NCBI RefSeq assembly: GCF_032062105.1
Contig: NW_026935377.1
Span: 62,001-126,000, forward strand
Direction: 5' to 3'
Length of the DNA: 64,000 nucleotides
Source of the DNA: Saccostrea cucullata
Lineage: Eukaryota
In this document: positions 61,102 through 64,000 of the stretch, piece by piece
Numbering within the stretch: position 1 is the first letter of the stretch
Layout: each line of letters begins with the position of its first letter
Program-made: the position numbers and the translations under genes
Notes under the pieces: generated by a model
The model's database searches: none
The model's input: the letters and a program-made list of their open reading frames with translations, nothing else
What the model was told of the DNA's origin: nothing

Positions 61102-64000
61102 TTAGGTTGCAAACATAGTGTGGCATAATAGCCCACATGCAGAACAGAAGATGATTGTGATAGGCACCAATGCAGCAATGATAGATGTGAAGAACCATTC
61201 TGAAAAACAGAATAGAAAACCCTACAATGTTTTAAAGTTGAAAACCTTACACTTTTTTTCTTTTTGGTACTCAAGTTTATAAGGTCTTGCAGAAAAAAAG
61301 ATGATGCCTAAAGATTTGTAAAATCATAGTCTCTTAGAAATAAAAGCTTACGTGGTGGTTTGTACACCGTCTGTTTTACTGGTTTTTTGATGTTCACAGT
61401 CAGAACGCCCTGGGCCCGATCCTCGGTATCATCACAGCACATGTACACCAGATAGGAGTTAAAGTCTTCGTACACAAACTTAGCGATGCTGGTGGTTGTC
61501 ACGTGGTACACGCTGGAGCCTGGAGGGTCATTGGTGACGTTGAAGTTAAAGGTCTGCGGGTGAGTATTGGACAATGTGCAACACACAGGGTCCCCGTATG
61601 CGTCGGTGACATTAGTGGTGTAAATGATTTTATTTTGGGGAGTGTCCTCCTCAATTGAGATAGAGTTGGGAAGAGAATGTATAAAGGGAGGCTGGAAAAA
61701 CCAACAGCATTCAAGTTAAAATTAAAAGTTTCCGAAATGTTTTTCTCCACATTGTAAAACGGAAAGGTCAAATAACTTTGAGAGCTCTTACCCAGTTTTG
61801 TGTGGCGATCTCGAGTAATATTGTGGCCTTATTATCGCATGAGTCCTCTGCATTTACTGTCATATGGTACATGTTCAGATTCCTTGACTGAATCAAGCGA
61901 CGTGTAGTTCTCAATCTTCCTGCCAAAAATATAATGAAATTATTTTAGTTTAAGTCGTGGAAGTTTTTGTTTTTAAATAGAAATAGTTAGGCTACCTCTG
62001 TTTTTACTATCCCCTACCTTTAGAATTCACTGTGAAATATGTCCATGTTTGATTGGGATCTATGGCGTCTGGCAGGAGTTGATACGTAACATCCTCCATA
62101 TAGTCCACTCCTTCCAATCGTAGATCCGCCACATAGCCTCCAGGTTCAATATGGTCCCTAACACTAATGTTCTGTGATGGGAACTGAATTGGGGTATCTA
62201 AATGTTTGAACACAGGGATGTTTCACTTTCATCTACTAATTATTACTGACAAAAAAATATACAGTGACAATGTTTTCAGACTCCCTCCGACTACGTAAAG
62301 TCAGATGATACAAACCAAAAATGGATACCTGGATTGATATATATTTCTGGGCCTATTTTTGCTGCAAATGATGCAAACAATAAATTTCTATAATATTAAG
62401 AAATTGTAAACCTTCTTTGATGTTCAAAGTTCTACCCTTCTGCAACCATCCATATTGATCTTTACAAATATGAAATATTTTTTACTTCAAATCCATTTTT
62501 TGTGAAAATTGGAATAGAAAATTAAAAACTACGCGGTGAAAATTGTCCATTTTACTCATTAAAACATGACTCAAGTTGATATTTACAATTCGTTTGACAA
62601 ATGTTTGTTTGTATCATCTGTCTTTAACTGAGCAAAGCTTTTGTTCATACTGTCTTCTAGTGTAAATTTTACAGCATAAGCCAGGCCGGACAGGACGGTG
62701 GAGTCTTTGTCCCAGTCAAACTCGGACCCAGCTGCCAGACTGCCCAGACCAGCAGCTTTCCTGGTTTTAGTAGGACACCCCGGGGAACCAACACAGTTTC
62801 CATACGTCACAACATTCTTAGAGAGGCAGCGCCTAGGTTTGGATAAATCGTTTCTTATATTTCTGCTTTGCTTTGTGACTATTATTCAAAATGATTTTTT
62901 TTCATCATATGATCAATTTTATTGCTCTGTTTAAGCTCTGTTGTTTTCCTAGATTATTTCTTTTTACTTAATTTCTTATTTTTTAATTTTCTTTGCTCTC
63001 CCAATTTGATATCAATTTTAAACCTGATATCAAATATACATGGATGCTTGAGCACTATTTATATTCTCACTCTAATACTTTTTACCATCCAATCAAATCT
63101 CCTGTTACAACAGCTATTCTTTCATTTTCCAACACAGAAAATTTTGTAGTATTGGCTCCTATTACGAAACAATGAAAAAAAGCTTTATATTAAACCCCAC
63201 AAACTTCAAAAATGCATAAATCTTTATCTTTTGTCTATTCGTATAGTTGGTAAAATAAATACAAACGAACCGTAAACTAGGATAGAATTGTATCCCACAA
63301 TTCTGTATTTGCCTGCAGCTGTCGGTCTCCAGACTATTAGATCTAGATAACCGGAAACAGAGTGGTGGATCTCCCATTCCGAGATCCGGCCGCAGCAAGT
63401 CAGGATGAAAGTTGTATCAGTAAATAGATACATTTTATCTACAAAACGACGCAAAACAAGATTTATATACAGATATGACAGAAAAAATCTAGATTTATGT
63501 AGAAAAGACTCACGACACTTACCAATGTCATTGTCTACACCAGACTTAAGGGAATTGAAGTCAGTGTACGACATTGATTTTCCCCCACATTCTAAAACAC
63601 ACAGAATGAAAATACTGTTAGTCTGTGAAGAAAAAAGATTTGATTTTTTTTTTACAAAACACGATGTATTTGAATAGTGTGTAAGGTAAGTTGCTGTGAA
63701 AATTTTCTGGATGATTTTACTTGTCTGTGGAGGCTTTGTGGTAGTTTGAGCTGCTGTCGTTGTTGTCATCTTTGCTGTAGTAGTTGTGGCAGCACTTGTT
63801 GATTGTGTCGTAGTATCAAGTAGTGTAGAAGTAGATGATATTGATATTGGCATTGCAGATCCAGATGTGATAGATTGGAATGTTGTCACAATTTTTGGCT
63901 CTGTTGTCGTTGTAGCTTGAGGTGTTGTCTCTGTCATTATCCCTGTTGTTTTTTCTTGTGTTGTTGTCAAAGTTGTTGATTCTGTTGATGATGTCGGTTG
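61102..64000 (-). CDS. 3' part of a multi-exon membrane protein: Thr-rich mucin stalk, Cys-containing extracellular domain, two cadherin-like repeats, C-terminal TM helix
   Basis: Frame-consistent GT-AG exons: >64000-63721, 63591-63523, 63438-63271, 63158-63086, 62832-62651, 62197-62018, 61919-61792, 61691-61352, 61199-61102. Cadherin-like motifs PPFIHSLPNSISIEED, TNVTDAYGDPV, YHMTVNAEDSCD. Ends QWFFTSIIAALVPITIIFCSACGLLCHTMFAT*. The 5' end lies beyond the window. Confidence 0.8.
62299..62623. mobile_element. MITE, same family as 59020-59349, in an intron of the cadherin-like gene
   Basis: Same TIR and colinear interior. Confidence 0.75.

Noticed and set aside
61308-61771. Apparent frameshift between overlapping ORFs 61499-61771 and 61308-61586
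   Set aside because: A single exon 61691-61352 is open in one frame; the other ORF is an off-frame shadow.
63224-63970. 248-aa ORF as a single-exon gene
   Set aside because: It reads through two stop-free introns (63720-63592 and 63522-63439) whose lengths are multiples of three. Canonical splice sites give a cleaner multi-exon model.

Overview
AT-rich eukaryotic genomic DNA, most likely a bivalve mollusc (oyster-like; inferred from the repeat families and gene content, not proven). The main feature is a head-to-tail array of eight intact, three-exon genes on the minus strand (14.1-60.0 kb). The ORF track largely misses them. Each encodes an 81-85 aa secreted peptide: a signal peptide plus two 6-Cys modules, one per exon, joined by phase-1 introns. 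They resemble the oyster cvSI-1/cvSI-2 (MEROPS I84) protease-inhibitor family, and the second module has a CS-alpha-beta-type cysteine spacing. Six of the eight promoters share a fixed-spacing TATA / (A)GGTCA / AGATAA module. An intronless class A GPCR sits inside the array between genes 7 and 8. The 3' part of a multi-exon mucin-stalk, cadherin-like membrane protein gene lies at the right edge. The left 12 kb is a composite repeat structure: inverted 47-bp satellite arms enclose a 5'-truncated CR1-type LINE with an open RT frame and an AT-rich higher-order satellite. Intergenic and intronic space is filled with Penelope-like RT fragments, tRNA-derived SINEs, Helentron-like elements and TIR elements with TA, TTAA or 5-bp target duplications. 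All exon calls were made by hand from GT-AG sites and reading-frame continuity; no database search was run.
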